From Auanema rhodensis (lineage: Eukaryota; Animalia; Nematoda): 64,000 nucleotides of DNA. Positions 25,401 through 38,900 of the stretch are shown one piece after another. A program made the position numbers and the translations under genes. The stretch is taken from the NCBI GenBank assembly GCA_964057225.1, contig OZ059895.1, positions 4,650,001-4,714,000 of the forward strand. Reading direction: 5' to 3'. Within the stretch, counting starts at the first letter, position 1. Every line of letters starts with the position of its first letter. Below the pieces are notes generated by a model that ran no database searches, was not told the DNA's origin, and was given only the letters and a program-made list of their open reading frames with translations.

Positions 25401-26090
25401 ACGCAGCTTAAAAATCCGCATCGAATGCACTATACTTCATTGAGAAACGCTTAATACAAAAATTAGTTATGATCGTTTGAAAAATGATGCATTAGTGTAT
25501 GTTGAGTTTCCATGTACACTCAACATTGCTTCCAAAAACATTTTGACAAAAATTTTTTCGAAAAATTTCAAAATAATTTAGCAAAAAGTAGATGTTTTTA
25601 GATTCCTTTTTTCAAGGCAAAGATGATGGACAATGTTATTCAACGAAAAAATTAATTCTTCAGGGTGAAAATCGAGGATATAAGTGTGAACATATATCAG
25701 TTGATATCTCGGTGCATTTACAAGCTAGCGCAAATCTGATAACACAGATCGACGCAGCTTAAAAATCCGCATCGAATGCACTATACTTCATTGAGAAACG
25801 CTTAATACAAAAATTAGTTATGATCGTTTGAAAAATGATGCATTAGTGTATGTTGAGTTTCCATGTACACTCAACATTGCTTCCAAAAACATTTTGACAA
25901 AAATTTTTTCGAAAAATTTCAAAATAATTTAGCAAAAAGTGGATGTTTTTAGATTCCTTTTTTCAAGGCAAAGACGATGGACAATGTTATTCAACGAAAA
26001 AATTAATTCTTCAGGGTGAAAATCGAGGATATAAGTGTGAACTTATATCAGTTGATATCTCGGTGCATTTTCAAGCTAGCGCAAATCTGA
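22490..26090. repeat. Local 5-mer higher-order duplication (period 1755 bp), breakpoints inside monomers (ends approximate)
   Basis: Monomers 22807/23158/23509/23860 match 24562/24913/25264/25615. The private variant CAAAATTTAG occurs only in 22807 and 24562. Confidence 0.85.
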
Positions 26091-29000
26091 TAACAAAGAT
26101 CGACGCAGCTTAAAAATCCGCATCGAATGCACTATACTTCATTGAGAAACGCTTAATAAAAAATTAGTTATGATCGTTTGAAAAATGATGCATTAGTGTA
26201 TGTTGAGTTTCCATGTACACTCAACATTGCTTCCAAAAACATTTTGACAAAAATTTTTTCGAAAAATTTCAAAATAATTTAGCAAAAAGTAGATGTTTTT
26301 AGATTCCTTTTTTTAAGGCAAAAATGATGGACAATGTTATTAAACGAAAAAATTAATTCTTCAGGGTGAAAATCGAGGATATAAGTGTGAACTTATATCA
26401 GTTGATATCTCGGTGCATTTTCAAGCTAGCGCAAATCTGATAACACAGATCGACGCAGCTTAAAAATCCGCATCGAATGCACTATACTACATTGAGAAAC
26501 GCTTAATACAAAAATTAGTTATGATCGTTTGAAAAATGATGCATTAGTGTATGTTGAGTTTCCATGTACACTCAACATTGCTTCCAAAAACATTTTGACA
26601 AAAATTTTTTCGAAAAATTTCAAAATAATTTAGCAAAAAGTAGATGTTTTTGGATTCTTTTTTTCAAGGCAAAGACGATGGACAATGTTATTCAACGAAA
26701 AAATTAATTCTTCGGGGTGAAAATCGAGGATATAAGTGTGAACTTATATCAGTTGATATCTCGGTGCATTTTTAAGCTAGCGCAAATCTGATAACACAGA
26801 TCGACGCAGCTTAAAAATCCGCATCGAATGCACTATACTTCATTGAGAAACGCTTAATACAAAAATTAGTTATGATCGTTTGAAAAATGATGCATTAGTG
26901 TATGTTGAGTTTCCATGTACACTCAACATTGCTTCCAAAAACATTTTGACAAAAATTTTTTCGAAAAATTTCAAAATAATTTAGCAAAAAGTAGATGTTT
27001 TTAGATTCCTTTTTTCAAGGCAAAGACGATGGACAATGTTATTCAACGAAAAAATTAATTCTTCAGGGTGAAAATCGAGGATATAAGTGTGAACTTATAT
27101 CAGTTGATATCTCGGTGCATTTTCAAGCTAGCGAAATCTGATAACACAGATCGACGCAGCTTAAAAATCCGCATCGAATGCACTATACTTCATTGAGAAA
27201 CGCTTAATACAAAAATTAGTTATGATCGTTTGAAAAATGATGCATTAGTGTATGTTGAGTTTCCATGTACACTCAACATTGCTTCCAAAAACATTTTGAC
27301 AAAAATTTTTTCGAAAAATTTCAAAATAATTTAGCAAAAAGTAGATGTTTTTAGATTCCTTTTTTCAAGGCAAAGATGATGGACAATGTTATTCAACGAA
27401 AAAATTAATTCTTCAGGGTGAAAATCGAGGATATAAGTGTGAACATATATCAGTTGATATCTCGGTGCATTTACAAGCTAGCGCAAATCTGATAACACAG
27501 ATCGACGCAGCTTAAAAATCCGCATCGAATGCACTATACTACATTGAGAAACGCTTAATACAAAAATTAGTTATGATCGTTTGAAAAATGATGCATTAGT
27601 GTATGTTGAGTTTCCATGTACACTCAACATTGCTTCCAAAAACATTTTGACAAAAATTTTTTCGAAAAATTTCAAAATAATTTAGCAAAAAGTAGATGTT
27701 TTTAGATTCCTTTTTTCAAGGCAAAGATGATGGACAATGTTATTCAACGAAAAAATTAATTCTTCAGGGTGAAAATCGAGGATATAAGTGTGAACATATA
27801 TCAGTTGATATCTCGGTGCATTTACAAGCTAGCGCAAATCTGATAACACAGATCGACGCAGCTTAAAAATCCGCATCGAATGCACTATACTTCATTGAGA
27901 AACGCTTAATACAAAAATTAGTTATGATCGTTTGAAAAATGATGCATTAGTGTATGTTGAGTTTCCATGCACACTCAACATTGCTTCCAAAAACATTTTG
28001 ACAAAAATTTTTTCGAAAAATTTCAAAATAATTTAGCAAAAAGTAGATGTTTTTAGATTCCTTTTTTTAAGGCAAAAATGATGGACAATGTTATTAAGCG
28101 AAAAAATTAATTCTTCGGGGTGAAAATCGAGGATATAAGTGTGAACTTATATCAGTTGATATCTCGGTGCATTTTTAAGCTAGCGCAAATCTGATAACAC
28201 AGATCGACGCAGCTTAAAAATCCGCATCGAATGCACTATACTACATTGAAAAACGCTTAATACAAAAATTAGTTATGATCGTTTGAAAAATGATGCATTA
28301 GTGTATGTTGAGTTTCCATGTACACTCAACATTGCTTCCAAAAACATTTTGACAAAAATTTTTTCGAAAAATTTCAAAATAATTTAGCAAAAAGTAGATG
28401 TTTTTAGATTCCTTTTTTCAAGGCAAAGATGATGGACAATGTTATTCAACGAAAAAATCAATTCTTCAGGGTGAAAATCGAGGATATAAGTGTGAACATA
28501 TATCAGTTGATATCTCGGTGCATTTACAAGCTAGCGCAAATCTGATAACACAGATCGACGCAGCTTAAAAATCCGCATCGAATGCACTATACTTCATTGA
28601 GAAACGCTTAATACAAAAATTAGTTATGATCGTTTGAAAAATGATGCATTAGTGTATGTTGAGTTTCCATGCACACTCAACATTGCTTCCAAAAACATTT
28701 TGACAAAAATTTTTTCGAAAAATTTCAAAATAATTTAGCAAAAAGTAGATGTTTTTAGATTCCTTTTTTCAAGGCAAAGACGATGGACAATGTTATTCAA
28801 CGAAAAAATTAATTCTTCAGGGTGAAAATCGAGGATATAAGTGTGAACTTATATCAGTTGATATCTCGGTGCATTTTCAAGCTAGCGCAAATCTGATAAC
28901 ACAGATCGACGCAGCTTAAAAATCCGCATCGAATGCACTATACTTCATTGAGAAACGCTTAATACAAAAATTAGTTATGATCGTTTGAAAAATGATGCAT

Positions 29001-29472
29001 TAGTGTATGTTGAGTTTCCATGTACACTCAACATTGCTTCCAAAAACATTTTGACAAAAATTTTTTCGAAAAATTTCAAAATAATTTAGCAAAAAGTAGA
29101 TGTTTTTAGATTCCTTTTTTCAAGGCAAAGACGATGGACAATGTTATTCAACGAAAAAATTAATTCTTCAGGGTGAAAATCGAGGATATAAGTGTGAACT
29201 TATATCAGTTGATATCTCGGTGCATTTTCAAGCTAGCGAAATCTGATAACACAGATCGACGCAGCTTAAAAATCCGCATCGAATGCACTATACTTCATTG
29301 AGAAACGCTTAATACAAAAATTAGTTATGATCGTTTGAAAAATGATGCATTAGTGTATGTTGAGTTTCCATGTACACTCAACATTGCTTCCAAAAACATT
29401 TTGACAAAAATTTTTTCGAAAAATTTCAAAATAATTTAGCAAAAAGTAGATGTTTTTGGATTCTTTTTTTCA

Positions 29473-31576
29473 AGGCAAAGACGATGGACAATGTTATTCA
29501 ACGAAAAAATTAATTCTTCGGGGTGAAAATCGAGGATATAAGTGTGAACTTATATCAGTTGATATCTCGGTGCATTTTTAAGCTAGCGCAAATCTGATAA
29601 CACAGATCGACGCAGCTTAAAAATCCGCATCGAATGCACTATACTTCATTGAGAAACGCTTAATACAAAAATTAGTTATGATCGTTTGAAAAATGATGCA
29701 TTAGTGTATGTTGAGTTTCCATGTACACTCAACATTGCTTCCAAAAACATTTTGACAAAAATTTTTTCGAAAAATTTCAAAATAATTTAGCAAAAAGTAG
29801 ATGTTTTTAGATTCCTTTTTTCAAGGCAAAGACGATGGACAATGTTATTCAACGAAAAAATTAATTCTTCAGGGTGAAAATCGAGGATATAAGTGTGAAC
29901 TTATATCAGTTGATATCTCGGTGCATTTTCAAGCTAGCGAAATCTGATAACACAGATCGACGCAGCTTAAAAATCCGCATCGAATGCACTATACTTCATT
30001 GAGAAACGCTTAATACAAAAATTAGTTATGATCGTTTGAAAAATGATGCATTAGTGTATGTTGAGTTTCCATGTACACTCAACATTGCTTCCAAAAACAT
30101 TTTGACAAAAATTTTTTCGAAAAATTTCAAAATAATTTAGCAAAAAGTAGATGTTTTTAGATTCCTTTTTTCAAGGCAAAGATGATGGACAATGTTATTC
30201 AACGAAAAAATTAATTCTTCAGGGTGAAAATCGAGGATATAAGTGTGAACATATATCAGTTGATATCTCGGTGCATTTACAAGCTAGCGCAAATCTGATA
30301 ACACAGATCGACGCAGCTTAAAAATCCGCATCGAATGCACTATACTTCATTGAGAAACGCTTAATACAAAAATTAGTTATGATCGTTTGAAAAATGATGC
30401 ATTAGTGTATGTTGAGTTTCCATGTACACTCAACATTGCTTCCAAAAACATTTTGACAAAAATTTTTTCGAAAAATTTCAAAATAATTTAGCAAAAAGTA
30501 GATGTTTTTGGATTCTTTTTTTCAAGGCAAAGACGATGGACAATGTTATTCAACGAAAAAATTAATTCTTCGGGGTGAAAATCGAGGATATAAGTGTGAA
30601 CTTATATCAGTTGATATCTCGGTGCATTTTTAAGCTAGCGCAAATCTGATAACACAGATCGACGCAGCTTAAAAATCCGCATCGAATGCACTATACTTCA
30701 TTGAGAAACGCTTAATACAAAAATTAGTTATGATCGTTTGAAAAATGATGCATTAGTGTATGTTGAGTTTCCATGTACACTCAACATTGCTTCCAAAAAC
30801 ATTTTGACAAAAATTTTTTCGAAAAATTTCAAAATAATTTAGCAAAAAGTAGATGTTTTTAGATTCCTTTTTTCAAGGCAAAGACGATGGACAATGTTAT
30901 TCAACGAAAAAATTAATTCTTCAGGGTGAAAATCGAGGATATAAGTGTGAACTTATATCAGTTGATATCTCGGTGCATTTTCAAGCTAGCGAAATCTGAT
31001 AACACAGATCGACGCAGCTTAAAAATCCGCATCGAATGCACTATACTTCATTGAGAAACGCTTAATACAAAAATTAGTTATGATCGTTTGAAAAATGATG
31101 CATTAGTGTATGTTGAGTTTCCATGTACACTCAACATTGCTTCCAAAAACATTTTGACAAAAATTTTTTCGAAAAATTTCAAAATAATTTAGCAAAAAGT
31201 AGATGTTTTTAGATTCCTTTTTTCAAGGCAAAGATGATGGACAATGTTATTCAACGAAAAAATTAATTCTTCAGGGTGAAAATCGAGGATATAAGTGTGA
31301 ACATATATCAGTTGATATCTCGGTGCATTTACAAGCTAGCGCAAATCTGATAACACAGATCGACGCAGCTTAAAAATCCGCATCGAATGCACTATACTTC
31401 ATTGAGAAACGCTTAATACAAAAATTAGTTATGATCGTTTGAAAAATGATGCATTAGTGTATGTTGAGTTTCCATGCACACTCAACATTGCTTCCAAAAA
31501 CATTTTGACAAAAATTTTTTCGAAAAATTTCAAAATAATTTAGCAAAAAGTAGATGTTTTTAGATTCCTTTTTTTA
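29473..31576. repeat. Local 3-mer duplication (period 1052 bp)
   Basis: G48+T107 / del117 / A78+A106 order at 29473 and 30525, each preceded by a TTGGATTCT tail. Confidence 0.75.
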
Positions 31577-32979
31577 AGGCAAAAATGATGGACAATGTTA
31601 TTAAACGAAAAAATTAATTCTTCGGGGTGAAAATCGAGGATATAAGTGTGAACTTATATCAGTTGATATCTCGGTGCATTTTTAAGCTAGCGCAAATCTG
31701 ATAACACAGATCGACGCAGCTTAAAAATCCGCATCGAATGCACTATACTACATTGAAAAACGCTTAATACAAAAATTAGTTATGATCGTTTGAAAAATGA
31801 TGCATTAGTGTATGTTGAGTTTCCATGTACACTCAACATTGCTTCCAAAAACATTTTGACAAAAATTTTTTCGAAAAATTTCAAAATAATTTAGCAAAAA
31901 GTAGATGTTTTTAGATTCCTTTTTTCAAGGCAAAGATGATGGACAATGTTATTCAACGAAAAAATCAATTCTTCAGGGTGAAAATCGAGGATATAAGTGT
32001 GAACATATATCAGTTGATATCTCGGTGCATTTACAAGCTAGCGCAAATCTGATAACACAGATCGACGCAGCTTAAAAATCCGCATCGAATGCACTATACT
32101 TCATTGAGAAACGCTTAATACAAAAATTAGTTATGATCGTTTGAAAAATGATGCATTAGTGTATGTTGAGTTTCCATGCACACTCAACATTGCTTCCAAA
32201 AACATTTTGACAAAAATTTTTTCGAAAAATTTCAAAATAATTTAGCAAAAAGTAGATGTTTTTAGATTCCTTTTTTCAAGGCAAAGACGATGGACAATGT
32301 TATTCAACGAAAAAATTAATTCTTCAGGGTGAAAATCGAGGATATAAGTGTGAACTTATATCAGTTGATATCTCGGTGCATTTTCAAGCTAGCGCAAATC
32401 TGATAACACAGATCGACGCAGCTTAAAAATCCGCATCGAATGCACTATACTTCATTGAGAAACGCTTAATACAAAAATTAGTTATGATCGTTTGAAAAAT
32501 GATGCATTAGTGTATGTTGAGTTTCCATGTACACTCAACATTGCTTCCAAAAACATTTTGACAAAAATTTTTTCGAAAAATTTCAAAATAATTTAGCAAA
32601 AAGTAGATGTTTTTAGATTCCTTTTTTCAAGGCAAAGACGATGGACAATGTTATTCAACGAAAAAATTAATTCTTCAGGGTGAAAATCGAGGATATAAGT
32701 GTGAACTTATATCAGTTGATATCTCGGTGCATTTTCAAGCTAGCGAAATCTGATAACACAGATCGACGCAGCTTAAAAATCCGCATCGAATGCACTATAC
32801 TTCATTGAGAAACGCTTAATACAAAAATTAGTTATGATCGTTTGAAAAATGATGCATTAGTGTATGTTGAGTTTCCATGTACACTCAACATTGCTTCCAA
32901 AAACATTTTGACAAAAATTTTTTCGAAAAATTTCAAAATAATTTAGCGAAAAGTAGATGTTTTTAGATTCCTTTTTTCA

Positions 32980-35900
32980 AGGCAAAGATGATGGACAATG
33001 TTATTCAACGAAAAAATTAATTCTTCAGGGTGAAAATCGAGGATATAAGTGTGAACATATATCAGTTGATATCTCGGTGCATTTACAAGCTAGCGCAAAT
33101 CTGATAACACAGATCGACGCAGCTTAAAAATCCGCATCGAATGCACTATACTTCATTGAGAAACGCTTAATACAAAAATTAGTTATGATCGTTTGAAAAA
33201 TGATGCATTAGTGTATGTTGAGTTTCCATGCACACTCAACATTGCTTCCAAAAACATTTTGACAAAAATTTTTTCGAAAAATTTCAAAATAATTTAGCAA
33301 AAAGTAGATGTTTTTAGATTCCTTTTTTTAAGGCAAAAATGATGGACAATGTTATTAAACGAAAAAATTAATTCTTCAGGGTGAAAATCGAGGATATAAG
33401 TGTGAACTTATATCAGTTGATATCTCGGTGCATTTTTAAGCTAGCGCAAATCTGATAACACAGATCGACGCAGCTTAAAAATCCGCATCGAATGCACTAT
33501 ACTTCATTGAGAAACGCTTAATACAAAAATTAGTTATGATCGTTTGAAAAATGATGCATTAGTGTATGTTGAGTTTCCATGCACACTCAACATTGCTTCC
33601 AAAAACATTTTGACAAAAATTTTTTCGAAAAATTTCAAAATAATTTAGCAAAAAGTAGATGTTTTTAGATTCCTTTTTTTAAGGCAAAAATGATGGACAA
33701 TGTTATTAAACGAAAAAATTAATTCTTCAGGGTGAAAATCGAGGATATAAGTGTGAACTTATATCAGTTGATATCTCGGTGCATTTTTAAGCTAGCGCAA
33801 ATCTGATAACACAGATCGACGCAGCTTAAAAATCCGCATCGAATGCACTATACTTCATTGAGAAACGCTTAATACAAAAATTAGTTATGATCGTTTGAAA
33901 AATGATGCATTAGTGTATGTTGAGTTTCCATGTACACTCAACATTGCTTCCAAAAACATTTTGACAAAAATTTTTTCGAAAAATTTCAAAATAATTTAGC
34001 AAAAAGTGGATGTTTTTAGATTCCTTTTTTCAAGGCAAAGACGATGGACAATGTTATTCAACGAAAAAATTAATTCTTCAGGGTGAAAATCGAGGATATA
34101 AGTGTGAACTTATATCAGTTGATATCTCGGTGCATTTTCAAGCTAGCGCAAATCTGATAACAAAGATCGACGCAGCTTAAAAATCCGCATCGAATGCACT
34201 ATACTTCATTGAGAAACGCTTAATAAAAAATTAGTTATGATCGTTTGAAAAATGATGCATTAGTGTATGTTGAGTTTCCATGTACACTCAACATTGCTTC
34301 CAAAAACATTTTGACAAAAATTTTTTCGAAAAATTTCAAAATAATTTAGCGAAAAGTAGATGTTTTTAGATTCCTTTTTTCAAGGCAAAGATGATGGACA
34401 ATGTTATTCAACGAAAAAATTAATTCTTCAGGGTGAAAATCGAGGATATAAGTGTGAACATATATCAGTTGATATCTCGGTGCATTTACAAGCTAGCGCA
34501 AATCTGATAACACAGATCGACGCAGCTTAAAAATCCGCATCGAATGCACTATACTTCATTGAGAAACGCTTAATACAAAAATTAGTTATGATCGTTTGAA
34601 AAATGATGCATTAGTGTATGTTGAGTTTCCATGCACACTCAACATTGCTTCCAAAAACATTTTGACAAAAATTTTTTCGAAAAATTTCAAAATAATTTAG
34701 CAAAAAGTAGATGTTTTTAGATTCCTTTTTTTAAGGCAAAAATGATGGACAATGTTATTAAACGAAAAAATTAATTCTTCAGGGTGAAAATCGAGGATAT
34801 AAGTGTGAACTTATATCAGTTGATATCTCGGTGCATTTTTAAGCTAGCGCAAATCTGATAACACAGATCGACGCAGCTTAAAAATCCGCATCGAATGCAC
34901 TATACTTCATTGAGAAACGCTTAATACAAAAATTAGTTATGATCGTTTGAAAAATGATGCATTAGTGTATGTTGAGTTTCCATGTACACTCAACATTGCT
35001 TCCAAAAACATTTTGACAAAAATTTTTTCGAAAAATTTCAAAATAATTTAGCAAAAAGTGGATGTTTTTAGATTCCTTTTTTCAAGGCAAAGACGATGGA
35101 CAATGTTATTCAACGAAAAAATTAATTCTTCAGGGTGAAAATCGAGGATATAAGTGTGAACTTATATCAGTTGATATCTCGGTGCATTTTCAAGCTAGCG
35201 CAAATCTGATAACAAAGATCGACGCAGCTTAAAAATCCGCATCGAATGCACTATACTTCATTGAGAAACGCTTAATAAAAAATTAGTTATGATCGTTTGA
35301 AAAATGATGCATTAGTGTATGTTGAGTTTCCATGTACACTCAACATTGCTTCCAAAAACATTTTGACAAAAATTTTTTCGAAAAATTTCAAAATAATTTA
35401 GCAAAAAGTAGATGTTTTTAGATTCCTTTTTTCAAGGCAAAGACGATGGACAATGTTATTCAACGAAAAAATTAATTCTTCAGGGTGAAAATCGAGGATA
35501 TAAGTGTGAACTTATATCAGTTGATATCTCGGTGCATTTTCAAGCTAGCGAAATCTGATAACACAGATCGACGCAGCTTAAAAATCCGCATCGAATGCAC
35601 TATACTTCATTGAGAAACGCTTAATACAAAAATTAGTTATGATCGTTTGAAAAATGATGCATTAGTGTATGTTGAGTTTCCATGTACACTCAACATTGCT
35701 TCCAAAAACATTTTGACAAAAATTTTTTCGAAAAATTTCAAAATAATTTAGCAAAAAGTAGATGTTTTTGGATTCTTTTTTTCAAGGCAAAGACGATGGA
35801 CAATGTTATTCAACGAAAAAATTAATTCTTCGGGGTGAAAATCGAGGATATAAGTGTGAACTTATATCAGTTGATATCTCGGTGCATTTTTAAGCTAGCG

Positions 35901-38900
35901 CAAATCTGATAACACAGATCGACGCAGCTTAAAAATCCGCAACGAATGCACTATACTACATTGAAAAACGCTTAATACAAAAATTAGTTATGATCGTTTG
36001 AAAAATGATGCATTAGTGTATGTTGAGTTTCCATGTACACTCAACATTGCTTCCAAAAACATTTTGACAAAAATTTTTTCGAAAAATTTCAAAATAATTT
36101 AGCAAAAAGTAGATGTTTTTAGATTCCTTTTTTCAAGGCAAAGATGATGGACAATGTTATTCAACGAAAAAATCAATTCTTCAGGGTGAAAATCGAGGAT
36201 ATAAGTGTGAACTTATATCAGTTGATATCTCGGTGCATTTTTAAGCTAGCGCAAATCTGATAACACAGATCGACGCAGCTTAAAAATCCGCATCGAATGC
36301 ACTATACTTCATTGAGAAACGCTTAATACAAAAATTAGTTATGATCGTTTGAAAAATGATGCATTAGTGTATGTTGAGTTTCCATGTACACTCAACATTG
36401 CTTCCAAAAACATTTTGACAAAAATTTTTTCGAAAAATTTCAAAATAATTTAGCAAAAAGTAGATGTTTTTAGATTCCTTTTTTCAAGGCAAAGACGATG
36501 GACAATGTTATTCAACGAAAAAATTAATTCTTCAGGGTGAAAATCGAGGATATAAGTGTGAACTTATATCAGTTGATATCTCGGTGCATTTTCAAGCTAG
36601 CGAAATCTGATAACACAGATCGACGCAGCTTAAAAATCCGCATCGAATGCACTATACTTCATTGAGAAACGCTTAATACAAAAATTAGTTATGATCGTTT
36701 GAAAAATGATGCATTAGTGTATGTTGAGTTTCCATGTACACTCAACATTGCTTCCAAAAACATTTTGACAAAAATTTTTTCGAAAAATTTCAAAATAATT
36801 TAGCAAAAAGTAGATGTTTTTAGATTCCTTTTTTCAAGGCAAAGATGATGGACAATGTTATTCAACGAAAAAATTAATTCTTCAGGGTGAAAATCGAGGA
36901 TATAAGTGTGAACATATATCAGTTGATATCTCGGTGCATTTACAAGCTAGCGCAAATCTGATAACACAGATCGACGCAGCTTAAAAATCTGCATCGAATG
37001 CACTATACTTCATTGAGAAACGCTTAATACAAAAATTAGTTATGATCGTTTGAAAAATGATGCATTAGTGTATGTTGAGTTTCCATGCACACTCAACATT
37101 GCTTCCAAAAACATTTTGACAAAAATTTTTTCGAAAAATTTCAAAATAATTTAGCAAAAAGTAGATGTTTTTAGATTCCTTTTTTTAAGGCAAAAATGAT
37201 GGACAATGTTATTAAACGAAAAAATTAATTCTTCGGGGTGAAAATCGAGGATATAAGTGTGAACTTATATCAGTTGATATCTCGGTGCATTTTCAAGCTA
37301 GCGAAATCTGATAACACAGATCGACGCAGCTTAAAAATCCGCATCGAATGCACTATACTTCATTGAGAAACGCTTAATACAAAAATTAGTTATGATCGTT
37401 TGAAAAATGATGCATTAGTGTATGTTGAGTTTCCATGTACACTCAACATTGCTTCCAAAAACATTTTGACAAAAATTTTTTCGAAAAATTTCAAAATAAT
37501 TTAGCAAAAAGTGGATGTTTTTAGATTCCTTTTTTCAAGGCAAAGACGATGGACAATGTTATTCAACGAAAAAATTAATTCTTCAGGGTGAAAATCGAGG
37601 ATATAAGTGTGAACTTATATCAGTTGATATCTCGGTGCATTTTCAAGCTAGCGCAAATCTGATAACAAAGATCGACGCAGCTTAAAAATCCGCATCGAAT
37701 GCACTATACTTCATTGAGAAACGCTTAATAAAAAATTAGTTATGATCGTTTGAAAAATGATGCATTAGTGTATGTTGAGTTTCCATGTACACTCAACATT
37801 GCTTCCAAAAACATTTTGACAAAAATTTTTTCGAAAAATTTCAAAATAATTTAGCAAAAAGTAGATGTTTTTAGATTCCTTTTTTCAAGGCAAAGACGAT
37901 GGACAATGTTATTCAACGAAAAAATTAATTCTTCAGGGTGAAAATCGAGGATATAAGTGTGAACTTATATCAGTTGATATCTCGGTGCATTTTCAAGCTA
38001 GCGAAATCTGATAACACAGATCGACGCAGCTTAAAAATCCGCATCGAATGCACTATACTTCATTGAGAAACGCTTAATACAAAAATTAGTTATGATCGTT
38101 TGAAAAATGATGCATTAGTGTATGTTGAGTTTCCATGTACACTCAACATTGCTTCCAAAAACATTTTGACAAAAATTTTTTCGAAAAATTTCAAAATAAT
38201 TTAGCAAAAAGTAGATGTTTTTGGATTCTTTTTTTCAAGGCAAAGACGATGGACAATGTTATTCAACGAAAAAATTAATTCTTCGGGGTGAAAATCGAGG
38301 ATATAAGTGTGAACTTATATCAGTTGATATCTCGGTGCATTTTTAAGCTAGCGCAAATCTGATAACACAGATCGACGCAGCTTAAAAATCCGCAACGAAT
38401 GCACTATACTACATTGAAAAACGCTTAATACAAAAATTAGTTATGATCGTTTGAAAAATGATGCATTAGTGTATGTTGAGTTTCCATGTACACTCAACAT
38501 TGCTTCCAAAAACATTTTGACAAAAATTTTTTCGAAAAATTTCAAAATAATTTAGCAAAAAGTAGATGTTTTTAGATTCCTTTTTTCAAGGCAAAGATGA
38601 TGGACAATGTTATTCAACGAAAAAATCAATTCTTCAGGGTGAAAATCGAGGATATAAGTGTGAACTTATATCAGTTGATATCTCGGTGCATTTTTAAGCT
38701 AGCGCAAATCTGATAACACAGATCGACGCAGCTTAAAAATCCGCATCGAATGCACTATACTTCATTGAGAAACGCTTAATACAAAAATTAGTTATGATCG
38801 TTTGAAAAATGATGCATTAGTGTATGTTGAGTTTCCATGTACACTCAACATTGCTTCCAAAAACATTTTGACAAAAATTTTTTCGAAAAATTTCAAAATA

